A stretch of DNA of 64,000 bases, from IMG/VR virus record IMGVR_UViG_3300044730_001993, positions 23,861-87,860 of that record; one strand, 5' to 3'. The notes under the pieces were generated by a model, which searched no databases, had not been told where the DNA came from, and saw only the letters and a program-made list of their open reading frames with translations. Shown in pieces: positions 56,007 to 64,000 of this stretch. Numbering within the stretch: position 1 is the stretch's first letter; each line of letters starts with the position of its first letter. A program made the translations under genes and the position numbers. This DNA is from a virus.

Positions 56007-56597
56007 TCAGTACCGACGGTTGCGCGCGCTCGGCGCCTCGAACCACGGGTCGCGCGTGGTACTCCCGAAGCCGTACGCCTCGATGATCGCCTTCGCGGCC
56101 TTCTCGACGGGGTAGTGCTCCATGTTCCCGTCCACGGCGACGGCCTTGCTGAGCACGAGTTGATCCTTCGTGAGAACGACCACTTCTCCCGTGCTCTCGG
56201 TGCCGCCGAACTTGCCTCCGTGGATCAGAATGAGGTCGCCCTCGAACTGCCAGTAGTCGACGAGGTTCGTCGCCCGAACGAAGACACCGGGTTTGCCGGA
56301 GCGCATCGCCTCCGTGACGTACTTGCGGTCGCTCTCGCCACGATCGGCGATGATGGCGTCCTTGATCTGCTTCTTCCACTCGCCGATGTTTCCCTTGAGC
56401 GGGACGGCGAGGATGAGCGCCTCCATCGCCTTCTGCGCGGCGTCGGAACCGGCGTACTCGCCGACTTCGCGCTCGATCTTCTTGAGCGCGCGATCGACCG
56501 GGCCGAGGCCGCGGGCGACGGGGTTTCGCACGGCGCGGCGCTTCGCGGCGGGCTTGCGAGCAGCGGCGCGCTTGGGGGACTTGCGTGTGGTTGCCAT
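56007..56597 (-). CDS. N-terminally tagged hypothetical protein
   Basis: MATTRKSPKRAAARKPAAKRRAVRNP; GGAG RBS. Confidence 0.75.
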   Translation of the reverse strand: MATTRKSPKRAAARKPAAKRRAVRNPVARGLGPVDRALKKIEREVGEYAGSDAAQKAMEALILAVPLKGNIGEWKKQIKDAIIADRGESDRKYVTEAMRSGKPGVFVRATNLVDYWQFEGDLILIHGGKFGGTESTGEVVVLTKDQLVLSKAVAVDGNMEHYPVEKAAKAIIEAYGFGSTTRDPWFEAPSARNRRY

Positions 56598-56682
56598 TGT
56601 GATTTTCTCCGAGTGTTCCCTGCCGACGGTGCCCGATTATGCGGGCGATTGCAATAGCGAACGGCGCGCTTCTCGCGACGGA

Positions 56683-57075
56683 CTACTTCTGCTCAAGCAT
56701 CCCCGTGAGCACCACGAGCACGAACTCGTTCCAGTGCTCCATGCACTGCGTCACGTCGACCACGATGCCAACGTGCCCGAACTCGTCGCGCAACCGCGCC
56801 GACTCGACGGTGCCGACGCACACCTCCGCTTCGCCCGCGCCGACGTACAGGCGGGCGAGGCACCCGTCGGCCTTGCGGACGCTCCACGGTTGACCGCGAA
56901 GGACGTTCGCCTCACGCACGCCGACTTCGGTGCCGGGGATGTACGCACCACCGACGGACACGACCTTGCGACCGACGATGCCGAACGCCGTGAACATCGC
57001 GTTGAGCGCGGCATCGGCGGCGCGGGCGGCATCTTCGTAGCGGGACACTGCGGAAACCATCGGGTTCGTGTTCAT
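56683..57075 (-). CDS. hypothetical protein
   Basis: ATG after the promoter motif at 57088-57111. Confidence 0.65.
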   Translation of the reverse strand: MNTNPMVSAVSRYEDAARAADAALNAMFTAFGIVGRKVVSVGGAYIPGTEVGVREANVLRGQPWSVRKADGCLARLYVGAGEAEVCVGTVESARLRDEFGHVGIVVDVTQCMEHWNEFVLVVLTGMLEQK

Positions 57076-57215
57076 GGTGCCCACTCTTACGCCTCGCGCC
57101 GCGGAGTTCTTACGTCGCACCGTCGGTTTCCGCCGCACCGCTTGCTGCGCGGCGCGCGAGAGGAATCGGCGACGCGGCGTAAGGTCCGTCGTGCTGGCGA
57201 CGTAGAAGGGGGACC

Positions 57216-57443
57216 ATGCGAGACCAATTCAGCAATCAACTCGAAGCCGCTCGCCAGAACCTCCGCACGCTCCGCGCGCAACTCGAAACCGCGCGTCGGT
57301 GCCTCCGCAGCGCAATCGCGGAGTACGTTGCCGACCCGTGCGAGGCCACGGAACTCACCGTCGCCACCAAGGGCGCATCGGTGTGTGCGATCGAGGCGCG
57401 GATCAAGAGCGGAGTCGACGCGCTCGACGCGGTGATCGGGTAA
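57216..57443 (+). CDS. small hypothetical protein
   Basis: ATG after the promoter motif at 57181-57204. Confidence 0.6.
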   Translation: MRDQFSNQLEAARQNLRTLRAQLETARRCLRSAIAEYVADPCEATELTVATKGASVCAIEARIKSGVDALDAVIG

Positions 57444-57523
57444 CCTACCGCCGCACGGTGCGTGCAGGAGAAATCAGTGTGGCCGCGCAAGAATCGGGTC
57501 GCCACCGCCGTAGAAGGTTCACC

Positions 57524-57979
57524 ATGAAGAACACCGCCCGCACCGCTCCCGACCCCGAGTTCGTCGCCATCATGCGAGAGAACCCGCTTCATGTTTTCGT
57601 GTACCGAGCGGGGCAAGCGGTCGACGCGGGCAAGCGCCAGTGGGCGGACGTGGCGAGGATCTACGGTGAGGCGATCCCCGGCATCGTGCTCGACGAGGTT
57701 CCCGCCGCGGGCGGCGCCCTCGTGGCGCTTCTCACCGCCTATTCGACGGCGACAACGGCCATCGCGATCCTGCATACCGAGCGGTGTTTCGGCGCCGTGA
57801 TCGGTGGGTGCAGCGCCGAGGAGCGTGCCTACATCGGCAAGGCGTGGATTCAGGAGGGTCTCGAAGCGGAGACCGCCTTCTCGTTCGCGTGCGCGCGAAG
57901 GCTTATGGAAATGGGCGAGAGCGTCGAGGATGCGGTGGCCGACGCCCCCGCGCGCCGCGCCCGTCGCTCCTCGCGCTAG
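57524..57979 (+). CDS. hypothetical protein
   Basis: ATG after the promoter motif at 57489-57512. Confidence 0.65.
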   Translation: MKNTARTAPDPEFVAIMRENPLHVFVYRAGQAVDAGKRQWADVARIYGEAIPGIVLDEVPAAGGALVALLTAYSTATTAIAILHTERCFGAVIGGCSAEERAYIGKAWIQEGLEAETAFSFACARRLMEMGESVEDAVADAPARRARRSSR

Positions 57980-57980
57980 C

Positions 57981-59243
57981 CTACCGCCGCGCCGGACACA
58001 CGCCGCCGTCGCAGCCCGCGGGAACGTCGCACCCTACGCCCACGAGCGGCATCGCCGCGTCGGCAATCACCTTCGCCGCCATGCGAACGTTCTCTTCGTT
58101 GTTGCACTTGCCGAGGCCGATGCGAACTACCGCGCCATCGTCGGGAATGCCCATCGCTTCGAGAACGTGACTCCGCTCGCCGCCGAGCGACTTGCACGCC
58201 GCCGCCGCCGACACGTCGATCTTGCTCCGCACCGCGGCGTCGAGCGAAATCGGGCACACGCCCACGAGACGAACCGAGAGCGAGTGCGGGAGTCGCAGTC
58301 GTCGCGCCGGATCGTTCGTCGCTTGCGGCGAACCGATCGGAGCGTCGATCGCGCCGTTCACCTGAACGATTTCGTCGCCGAGCGACTCGCGCAGGAGTCG
58401 GAGCATAAGGTCGCGCAGGCGGCAGAGTCGCAGCGCCTCACCCGCGAGCCCGCCGACGTTCTGCGGCCCCACGTTCCACGTTCGCATTTCGCGGCACGCG
58501 GCGCCGAAACCGGCGATGCCGTGCAGGTTCAGCGTGCCGCCGCGCACGCCGTTTTGCTGCGAGCCACCGAGCGCAGGCACCGACATACGCGCGAGTAAAC
58601 GTTGCGGAATCAGAACGCAGCCCACGCCGGTAGGTCCGTTGAGCTTGTGCGCGCTCGCGCTCGCGAAGTCGAAGCCGCGCAGCGGAATCTTGCCGAACGA
58701 CTGGCATAGATCGGAGTGCATCGGCACGCCGTAAGCGTGCGCGACCGCTGCGATTTCTTCGATCGGCTGGATACCGCCGAGTTCATTCTGCGCGCCCATC
58801 ACGGAAACGAGCACCGTGTCGGGGCGGATCGCACGGGCCACGTCGGCGGGGTTCACGATGCCCGACGCGCCCACGGGGACTGCCGTGAACGTGCATTGCC
58901 CGCGCTTCGCGAGTTGACGCAGGGGCACGAGAATGGCGCTGTGCTCGATCGCAGAAGTGACGATGTGAGGGCGCCGCCCGCGCTCGTTCTCGCCATCGAC
59001 GATTGACCTGAGTACGATGCCGTTCGATTCTGTAGCGCCCGAAGTGAAGTAGATGTCTGCCGGATCGACGCCGCCCATCGTCTCGGCGACGCAGCGGCGG
59101 GCATCCTCGACGATCTTCGACGCCGCCTTCCCACCCTCGTGCGACGACGAGGCGTTGCCAGCGACGCGCATCGCCCGCACCACGGCGTCGATCACGGCTT
59201 CGGAGGGAGGGGTGGTCGAGTGGTGGTCGAGAAAAATGGTCAT
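57981..59243 (-). CDS. iscS: cysteine desulfurase (IscS/NifS family)
   Basis: DHHSTTP, FTSGATE, AIEH, NELG, SAHK (PLP lysine), GGTLN, SAAAAC (catalytic Cys). Confidence 0.9.
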   Translation of the reverse strand: MTIFLDHHSTTPPSEAVIDAVVRAMRVAGNASSSHEGGKAASKIVEDARRCVAETMGGVDPADIYFTSGATESNGIVLRSIVDGENERGRRPHIVTSAIEHSAILVPLRQLAKRGQCTFTAVPVGASGIVNPADVARAIRPDTVLVSVMGAQNELGGIQPIEEIAAVAHAYGVPMHSDLCQSFGKIPLRGFDFASASAHKLNGPTGVGCVLIPQRLLARMSVPALGGSQQNGVRGGTLNLHGIAGFGAACREMRTWNVGPQNVGGLAGEALRLCRLRDLMLRLLRESLGDEIVQVNGAIDAPIGSPQATNDPARRLRLPHSLSVRLVGVCPISLDAAVRSKIDVSAAAACKSLGGERSHVLEAMGIPDDGAVVRIGLGKCNNEENVRMAAKVIADAAMPLVGVGCDVPAGCDGGVCPARR

Positions 59244-59324
59244 CGCGCCCTCACGTTACACCATGCGCGGCGCGATGGGGAGGAAAACGCGACGTTCTCG
59301 TTCGGCGTCGTTTGCCGCGGAACG

Positions 59325-59768
59325 TTACGGTCGCGGACCGCGCGGCTTCTTGACCGACTTCTGGATCTGCGCCATCGGCACGCTCCACGTCTTGATGTAG
59401 TCGGCGGCATCCGCGGTGTTGAAGCGGTGGAACTTGTGCCCGGTGAGGCGCTCCAGTTCAGTGGTGAACCCGATCATCGCGCCCATGTGTCCGATCGAGT
59501 CGCGCGCCTCCGCCTCCGACGCCGTGTCCGTCCATCGGTCCGCAGCGTACTCCTCCGGGTCGAACTTCCCACGGTCAAGTCGGGCCATCGCCACCGGGTT
59601 CGTCACGAACCGCTGCGCCCACGCCTTGCCCTCGTCGATCCACCACAACTCTTGACCGTGTTCGTGGAAGATGCGGTGCACGATGGCGTCGTACTCGTCC
59701 CACTGCTCCGCGAGCGACGGACGTTTCGACGGCGGGTTGCGGAGCGAGCGACGCTTGCTGGCGGGCAT
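59325..59768 (-). CDS. tagged hypothetical protein (paralogue A)
   Basis: MPASKRRSLRNP...LAEQWD.YDA; AAGGA RBS. Confidence 0.75.
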   Translation of the reverse strand: MPASKRRSLRNPPSKRPSLAEQWDEYDAIVHRIFHEHGQELWWIDEGKAWAQRFVTNPVAMARLDRGKFDPEEYAADRWTDTASEAEARDSIGHMGAMIGFTTELERLTGHKFHRFNTADAADYIKTWSVPMAQIQKSVKKPRGPRP

Positions 59769-59859
59769 TGACGTTTCCTTCGTGTGCGGTGGATGCTGCC
59801 GCTGGCTCAACTTCGCGCTCACCCTCGACGTGCGAGAGGTTCCCGCGAGGCGTGCCGAC

Positions 59860-60288
59860 TCAGTAGTTCGGCCTCGCCCCGCGCGGTCGCTTGAACATCT
59901 TCTGGACCTCATGAAACGGGATGTTCCACTGCTCGCGTGACGTACTGGAACGCAAGAACTTGCGGCCCGTGAGACGCTCCAGTTCATCAGCGAAACCGAC
60001 CTGCACCCCCATAAATCCGAGGCTATCCTTTACCTCTTCTTCCGTCGCTGCCTCGATCCACCACTCCGTGGCTTCTTCTTCGGGGTCGAACGACGGGGCG
60101 CTCATCATCTTCGCCGCATACGGCCTCGACACGAACTCACGCGCCCACTTCTCGCCCTGATCGACCCACTGCATTTGGATAATGTTTCTGCGGTAAGTTT
60201 CCGCGACGGCAGCGTCGTAGGCATCCCACTGCTCTGCCAGCGTGAGACGCTTTGGATTGTGGATGGACGTTCGCTTGCGGGTGGGCAT
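59860..60288 (-). CDS. tagged hypothetical protein (paralogue B)
   Basis: MPTRKRTSIHNP...LAEQWD.YDA...ELERLTG.KF. Confidence 0.75.
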   Translation of the reverse strand: MPTRKRTSIHNPKRLTLAEQWDAYDAAVAETYRRNIIQMQWVDQGEKWAREFVSRPYAAKMMSAPSFDPEEEATEWWIEAATEEEVKDSLGFMGVQVGFADELERLTGRKFLRSSTSREQWNIPFHEVQKMFKRPRGARPNY

Positions 60289-60326
60289 GGGCCACAAATA
60301 CACGCCCGCGCCGCGCCCGTCAACGC

Positions 60327-60707
60327 TCACCCCTCGCCGGGGTAGCGCATCCCGCAGCAGCAGTCGCCGTCGCCCGTCGAGAACTCGCGGCAGATCATCT
60401 CGCCACGGCACGTCGCGGGCTGCGCGCTGATCGGAGGCGGCGGCGGCGAGAACACCGACCTCACTTCTTCGTCGCTCATTTCGAGCGAGACCGTCGCGTA
60501 GTGCTCGACGAACACGGGCTCGTCGGGGCCACCCACGTCCGCGTACTCCTCCCACTTCGCGAACGCCAGCGCGGCGTCGATGCGCGCTACCAGCGCGGAG
60601 GTGAGTTCCTCGCGCGGAACCACGGCCTTGCGACCGCCAGCGAAGCAGAACTCGTACGGCGACTCGACGCCGTTCACGTCGGAAACGGTGATGTTTACGG
60701 GGTTCAT
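60327..60707 (-). CDS. hypothetical protein with Cys-rich C-terminus
   Basis: ATG after the promoter motif at 60717-60740. Confidence 0.6.
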   Translation of the reverse strand: MNPVNITVSDVNGVESPYEFCFAGGRKAVVPREELTSALVARIDAALAFAKWEEYADVGGPDEPVFVEHYATVSLEMSDEEVRSVFSPPPPPISAQPATCRGEMICREFSTGDGDCCCGMRYPGEG

Positions 60708-60810
60708 GCACCCTCATACGCCCGCCGCCCCGCAGTTCTTTACGCCACCGCGTCGAAAACAAATCACCGCCCCCGTGTCAGAACTCGCCGCCCCCGAGCG
60801 TATAAGCGGT

Positions 60811-61338
60811 ATGCACACCTCGACTGCCTCGCGCATCGCCGCCGCCCTCCTCGCCACCCCCGCCGACTACCTCGCCCGTTGCCTCGCGCAGCGGTGCCGC
60901 GGCGCCGACGCCTGCGGGTCGGTGTTCGCCGACTACAGCGACCCCGCCGCCCTTCTGCACGCCCTCCAGTCGGCCGCGTGGGAGGCGTACGAGCACCCCG
61001 CTATCATGGCGGGCTGCGCCGCGTTCCGCGCTCCGATGGCGGGCCGCGTGGGCATCGTGGCGCTCGCGTCGCTCCCCGCCGACACGACGGTCGTGCTCGC
61101 CGACGCGAAGCGCACCGGCTACGTCGAGGCGACCGTTCCCGGCGCCGCCACCACGCCGGTCGACTTCGCGGTTATCATCCTCGGCACCGACGAGGGGCAC
61201 GAGATCGTGTTCACGTTCCACCCCGGCGAACCGATCGCCCCGAGCACGCTCCCCGCGTCGCTGCTCAACGGCGCCCGCATGACCGCCGCGGTGGCGATCG
61301 AGCACGGGCTCACGCACGCGAAGGTCGTCGCGGCCTAG
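60811..61338 (+). CDS. conserved phage hypothetical protein
   Basis: GSVF...IILG...VFTFHPG; promoter motif at 60779-60802. Confidence 0.7.
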   Translation: MHTSTASRIAAALLATPADYLARCLAQRCRGADACGSVFADYSDPAALLHALQSAAWEAYEHPAIMAGCAAFRAPMAGRVGIVALASLPADTTVVLADAKRTGYVEATVPGAATTPVDFAVIILGTDEGHEIVFTFHPGEPIAPSTLPASLLNGARMTAAVAIEHGLTHAKVVAA

Positions 61339-62264
61339 CGCCGTCGGCGGCGCTTCATCGCCCGCCGTCCGTTCGGCGACGACTTGCGCGTCTCGCACGG
61401 CGCATCGCTCGCCGAACGTCGGGCGTCCCGCACCTCACGCACCAGTCGCTCCCACGCCGATCGCACGACGAACACCGGGTAACTGGAACGCCCATGCGCT
61501 CGCGCGAAGAACACGCGGTTGTTGCCGTTCTCCAGACCGAGACACGGCCCTGCCGCGTCGCTTGCGCTCATGCCGCTCGCGTGCCCGTAGTAACTCGTCG
61601 AGAACGCGGGGTCCGCCGTCCCGCCGATGGTCCCCTGCCTCGATTGCCGGTCGGGGTCGACGTGTGACGATGACGTGTGCAACCAGTCGATCGGCACGTT
61701 CACGAGCACGTAGCCGCCGCCTTCGCGCCCGTCGCGTTCGATGATGCGCGTGGTTCCGCGCGCCATCTTCGCTGCCGACTCCTGCGTCTGCGGTGGGCGA
61801 CCTTCGTACATCCCGAAGCGTCGCGGCAACTGGAACTGCTCCTGCCTCCGCGCCTCCTCGACAACCTCTTCGAGCGGAACCGACTGCGCCCGCGGGATGG
61901 GCGTTGCGATCGAGCGGGCCACCCGCTCCACCGCAGCATCGAAGCGACCCGCGAGTCGCTCCGCGACGATCGCTGCATCGAGTTCCGCTGCGACGATGAT
62001 CGACTCGGGACTGTTCGCGCGGCGCTGCCCCGTGGCTTCTTCGCGCCCGAACTTCACCTTGATGCCGTCCGCGATCAATGATCGCGCGAGTGCCCGCAGC
62101 GACTCCCATGCGTTGTCGCGCAGCGTTGTGTGGCCGACGCTGGCGCACCCGTGACGCGGAACTCCGACGGATACGGTCGTGCGACCATCGCGAACATCGA
62201 CGGCGATTCTCGCCCCGCGAAGCGACGTGATGCTCAATGCGCCCTCGTGCCTACGCGATTTCAT
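61335..62264 (-). CDS. C-terminally tagged protein with possible ParB/Srx-like domain
   Basis: LENGNNRVFFARAHG...PVFV; ends SPNGRRAMKRRRRR. Confidence 0.55.
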   Translation of the reverse strand: MKSRRHEGALSITSLRGARIAVDVRDGRTTVSVGVPRHGCASVGHTTLRDNAWESLRALARSLIADGIKVKFGREEATGQRRANSPESIIVAAELDAAIVAERLAGRFDAAVERVARSIATPIPRAQSVPLEEVVEEARRQEQFQLPRRFGMYEGRPPQTQESAAKMARGTTRIIERDGREGGGYVLVNVPIDWLHTSSSHVDPDRQSRQGTIGGTADPAFSTSYYGHASGMSASDAAGPCLGLENGNNRVFFARAHGRSSYPVFVVRSAWERLVREVRDARRSASDAPCETRKSSPNGRRAMKRRRRR

Positions 62265-62353
62265 CGTCGTTTACCCTTCATTGCCCGCCGCCCGTTCGCG
62301 TACGTCCGCACGGTCGGCACGACGGTCTGCAACCACGCGGCGGTGGTCGTCAT
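62261..62353 (-). pseudogene. probable C-terminal remnant of a tagged gene interrupted by IscB copy 2
   Basis: TTTAAWLQTVVPTVRTYANGRRAMKGKRR*; its stop overlaps the next ATG. Confidence 0.45.
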
Positions 62354-62400
62354 GACTTGCCAGCGCGGGTGCACAGCCATTCATGGCGGTGGGGAAGCGC

Positions 62401-63768
62401 CTATCGGTTAGTAACCGCATCGTTTTTCTCCTCGCGCCACGCGTAGCGGTAGCCATCGGCGCGCTGCAACACGCGGCAGTGTTTCCAAATCACGTCGATC
62501 CTCTTGCCCTGCGCATAGACCGCGAATTGACCTTTCGCGCGGACTGCGGCACGTCCGACGTGCATACCGGCGTGTTTTCCCTTCGGCATCACGGCGCGCA
62601 CGATATCACCCGTGCCGAAGCCCCGTACGCGCTTCTCACGCATCTTCGGAGCGCCACGAGGGAAACCATAGGCGTTCGAGTGTTGGCGTTGATACGTGCC
62701 GCGCCCCATGCACTCCACGTATAGCGTCTGCGTGTCGGCGCCGATCACGCCGCCGACGTTTCCCACGCACACGGCGTCGTTGGCGTGCGTCTTCGGAACG
62801 TTGAAGCGGTGGCGGTTCCACTTCGTTCGCCCGCCCGATGCTGCCTCGACGGGCACCCCGAGCGCCCGCAGTTCACGATCCAGCGCCCATCGCGTCGAGT
62901 TCATCGCCGCCGCGTCCCGCAGGGGCTTCTTGAGCCCCGCGAGAATGCGTGCCGCACGCTTCGGGTCGCGCTTGAGGAACGTCGTCAGTGATTGCGCGCC
63001 CTTCTTCTGGTTGCAGGGCACACACGCGGGCACGAGGTTACTCGGACGATTGCTCCCGCCGCTCACTCGCGGGACGACGTGATCGAGGTTGAGCGGCACG
63101 TTCCCCGCGTCGCAGTAGGCGCACGAGCGGCCCCACTTCTCCAGAACGTACTCGCGCGTCTCGTATCCGGCGAGGGTGCCTTGCTGGTACTCCACGCCGC
63201 TGATCTCCGGGTTCTCCATGAGTTGCGTGTCGAAGCGAACGCGCTCGACGCTCACGGCGGCGACGGGATACCAGCGCATGAGGCGCCGCGTCCACGAAAG
63301 CGTCGTGTCGAGGCGCGTACGCAGCGAAGGTGCAAGGCGACCCTTGCGGCGCGACGATGCGCGGTTGCTGTACCGTCGCTCACGGTAGCGCGTGTTCGCG
63401 CTGCGACGGCGCTTGCGGTTCGCCGAACGTTGCCCCATCTGCTTGTGGACGTCGGCGCCGCGGTGCGCGAGTTCCATCTTGAACAGCACGACGCGGGTCG
63501 GGCCATCGCCGTCGCTGGCGGCGGGAATCTCGCGGACCACGGCGATGCCCGTGGTCTTGCTGCCGGGATCTTCGCAGACGCGGACGGGTTGAACGTCGCC
63601 GCCCACGCGATCCTTGAGTCGGATCACGAACGGCGTGTGGTGCGCCACCACGGCACGCCCCGCACGAAGCATCTGACGCGCTCGCGCGGGATGGCACGGC
63701 ATCAGCGGGACGCCACGCTTGTCCAGCACCGGAACCCACGCTTCTTCGGAACGATTCTTCTCGATCAT
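62401..63768 (-). CDS. iscB: RNA-guided endonuclease IscB
   Basis: same PLMP/RuvC/bridge helix/HNH motifs as copy 1, start MIEKNRSEE. Confidence 0.95.
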   Translation of the reverse strand: MIEKNRSEEAWVPVLDKRGVPLMPCHPARARQMLRAGRAVVAHHTPFVIRLKDRVGGDVQPVRVCEDPGSKTTGIAVVREIPAASDGDGPTRVVLFKMELAHRGADVHKQMGQRSANRKRRRSANTRYRERRYSNRASSRRKGRLAPSLRTRLDTTLSWTRRLMRWYPVAAVSVERVRFDTQLMENPEISGVEYQQGTLAGYETREYVLEKWGRSCAYCDAGNVPLNLDHVVPRVSGGSNRPSNLVPACVPCNQKKGAQSLTTFLKRDPKRAARILAGLKKPLRDAAAMNSTRWALDRELRALGVPVEAASGGRTKWNRHRFNVPKTHANDAVCVGNVGGVIGADTQTLYVECMGRGTYQRQHSNAYGFPRGAPKMREKRVRGFGTGDIVRAVMPKGKHAGMHVGRAAVRAKGQFAVYAQGKRIDVIWKHCRVLQRADGYRYAWREEKNDAVTNR

Positions 63769-64000
63769 TGGCGTTACCGCCTCAGTTGGGGCCTTGCGGC
63801 CTTGTCGTGACGACCGCGGAGTGGCTCCCCCGCGGTGCTCCCCTCGTGAATGTCGATCGTCGCCCATGTGCGCACCCGTTTCTGTCTGACCCGACGTGAC
63901 TACTGCACGCACTGCAAGTGGGTACGGACTGAGGAAGCATCCGTACGTTGCCCGAGGCAAGCGTTCCGATCGACGTAGCGAGGCTCGAACGGGTTGCCAA
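63769..64000 (-). ncRNA. omegaRNA scaffold, copy 2 (partial)
   Basis: near-identical to 51227-51457. Confidence 0.8.

Larger units (their letters stand above)
62354..64000 (-). mobile_element. IscB (OMEGA) element, copy 2; left end lies outside the window
   Basis: right end ...GGCAAGTC then ATGA, homologous to copy 1. Confidence 0.8.

Noticed and set aside
57981-59243. Dnd/Ssp phosphorothioation system
   Set aside because: No dndBCDE or ssp genes are recognisable in the window
1-64000. tRNA or rRNA genes
   Set aside because: None recognised by eye; tRNAscan-SE would be needed to exclude them

Overview
High-GC, gene-dense 64 kb segment that looks like part of a large (jumbo-type) bacteriophage genome. 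Genes are short, mostly on the minus strand, and often overlap as ATGA/GTGA/TGATG. The host is possibly a myxobacterium (inference from GC content and an ECF sigma factor only). Recognisable content: two repeat-rich tail-fibre paralogues, other virion-like proteins, an M15-type peptidase, an ECF sigma factor fused in frame to a ParB-like protein, two receiver-domain proteins and a PAS protein next to holin-like genes, a kinase-like protein, a PP2C phosphatase, two or three ADP-ribosyltransferase-like proteins, a broken ADP-ribosylglycohydrolase, a UvrD-like helicase, a NUDIX hydrolase, a metallophosphoesterase, a cysteine desulfurase and two IscB/omegaRNA elements. The main unexplained signal is a short Lys/Arg-rich tag centred on Asn-Gly or Asn-Pro. 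It occurs in about 22 unrelated proteins, at N-termini, C-termini and domain junctions, and is a candidate virion cargo-sorting or processing signal for injected effectors. Three recurring promoter-like motifs, mostly just upstream of start codons, partition the genes. All family assignments were made by eye from motifs; no searches were run.
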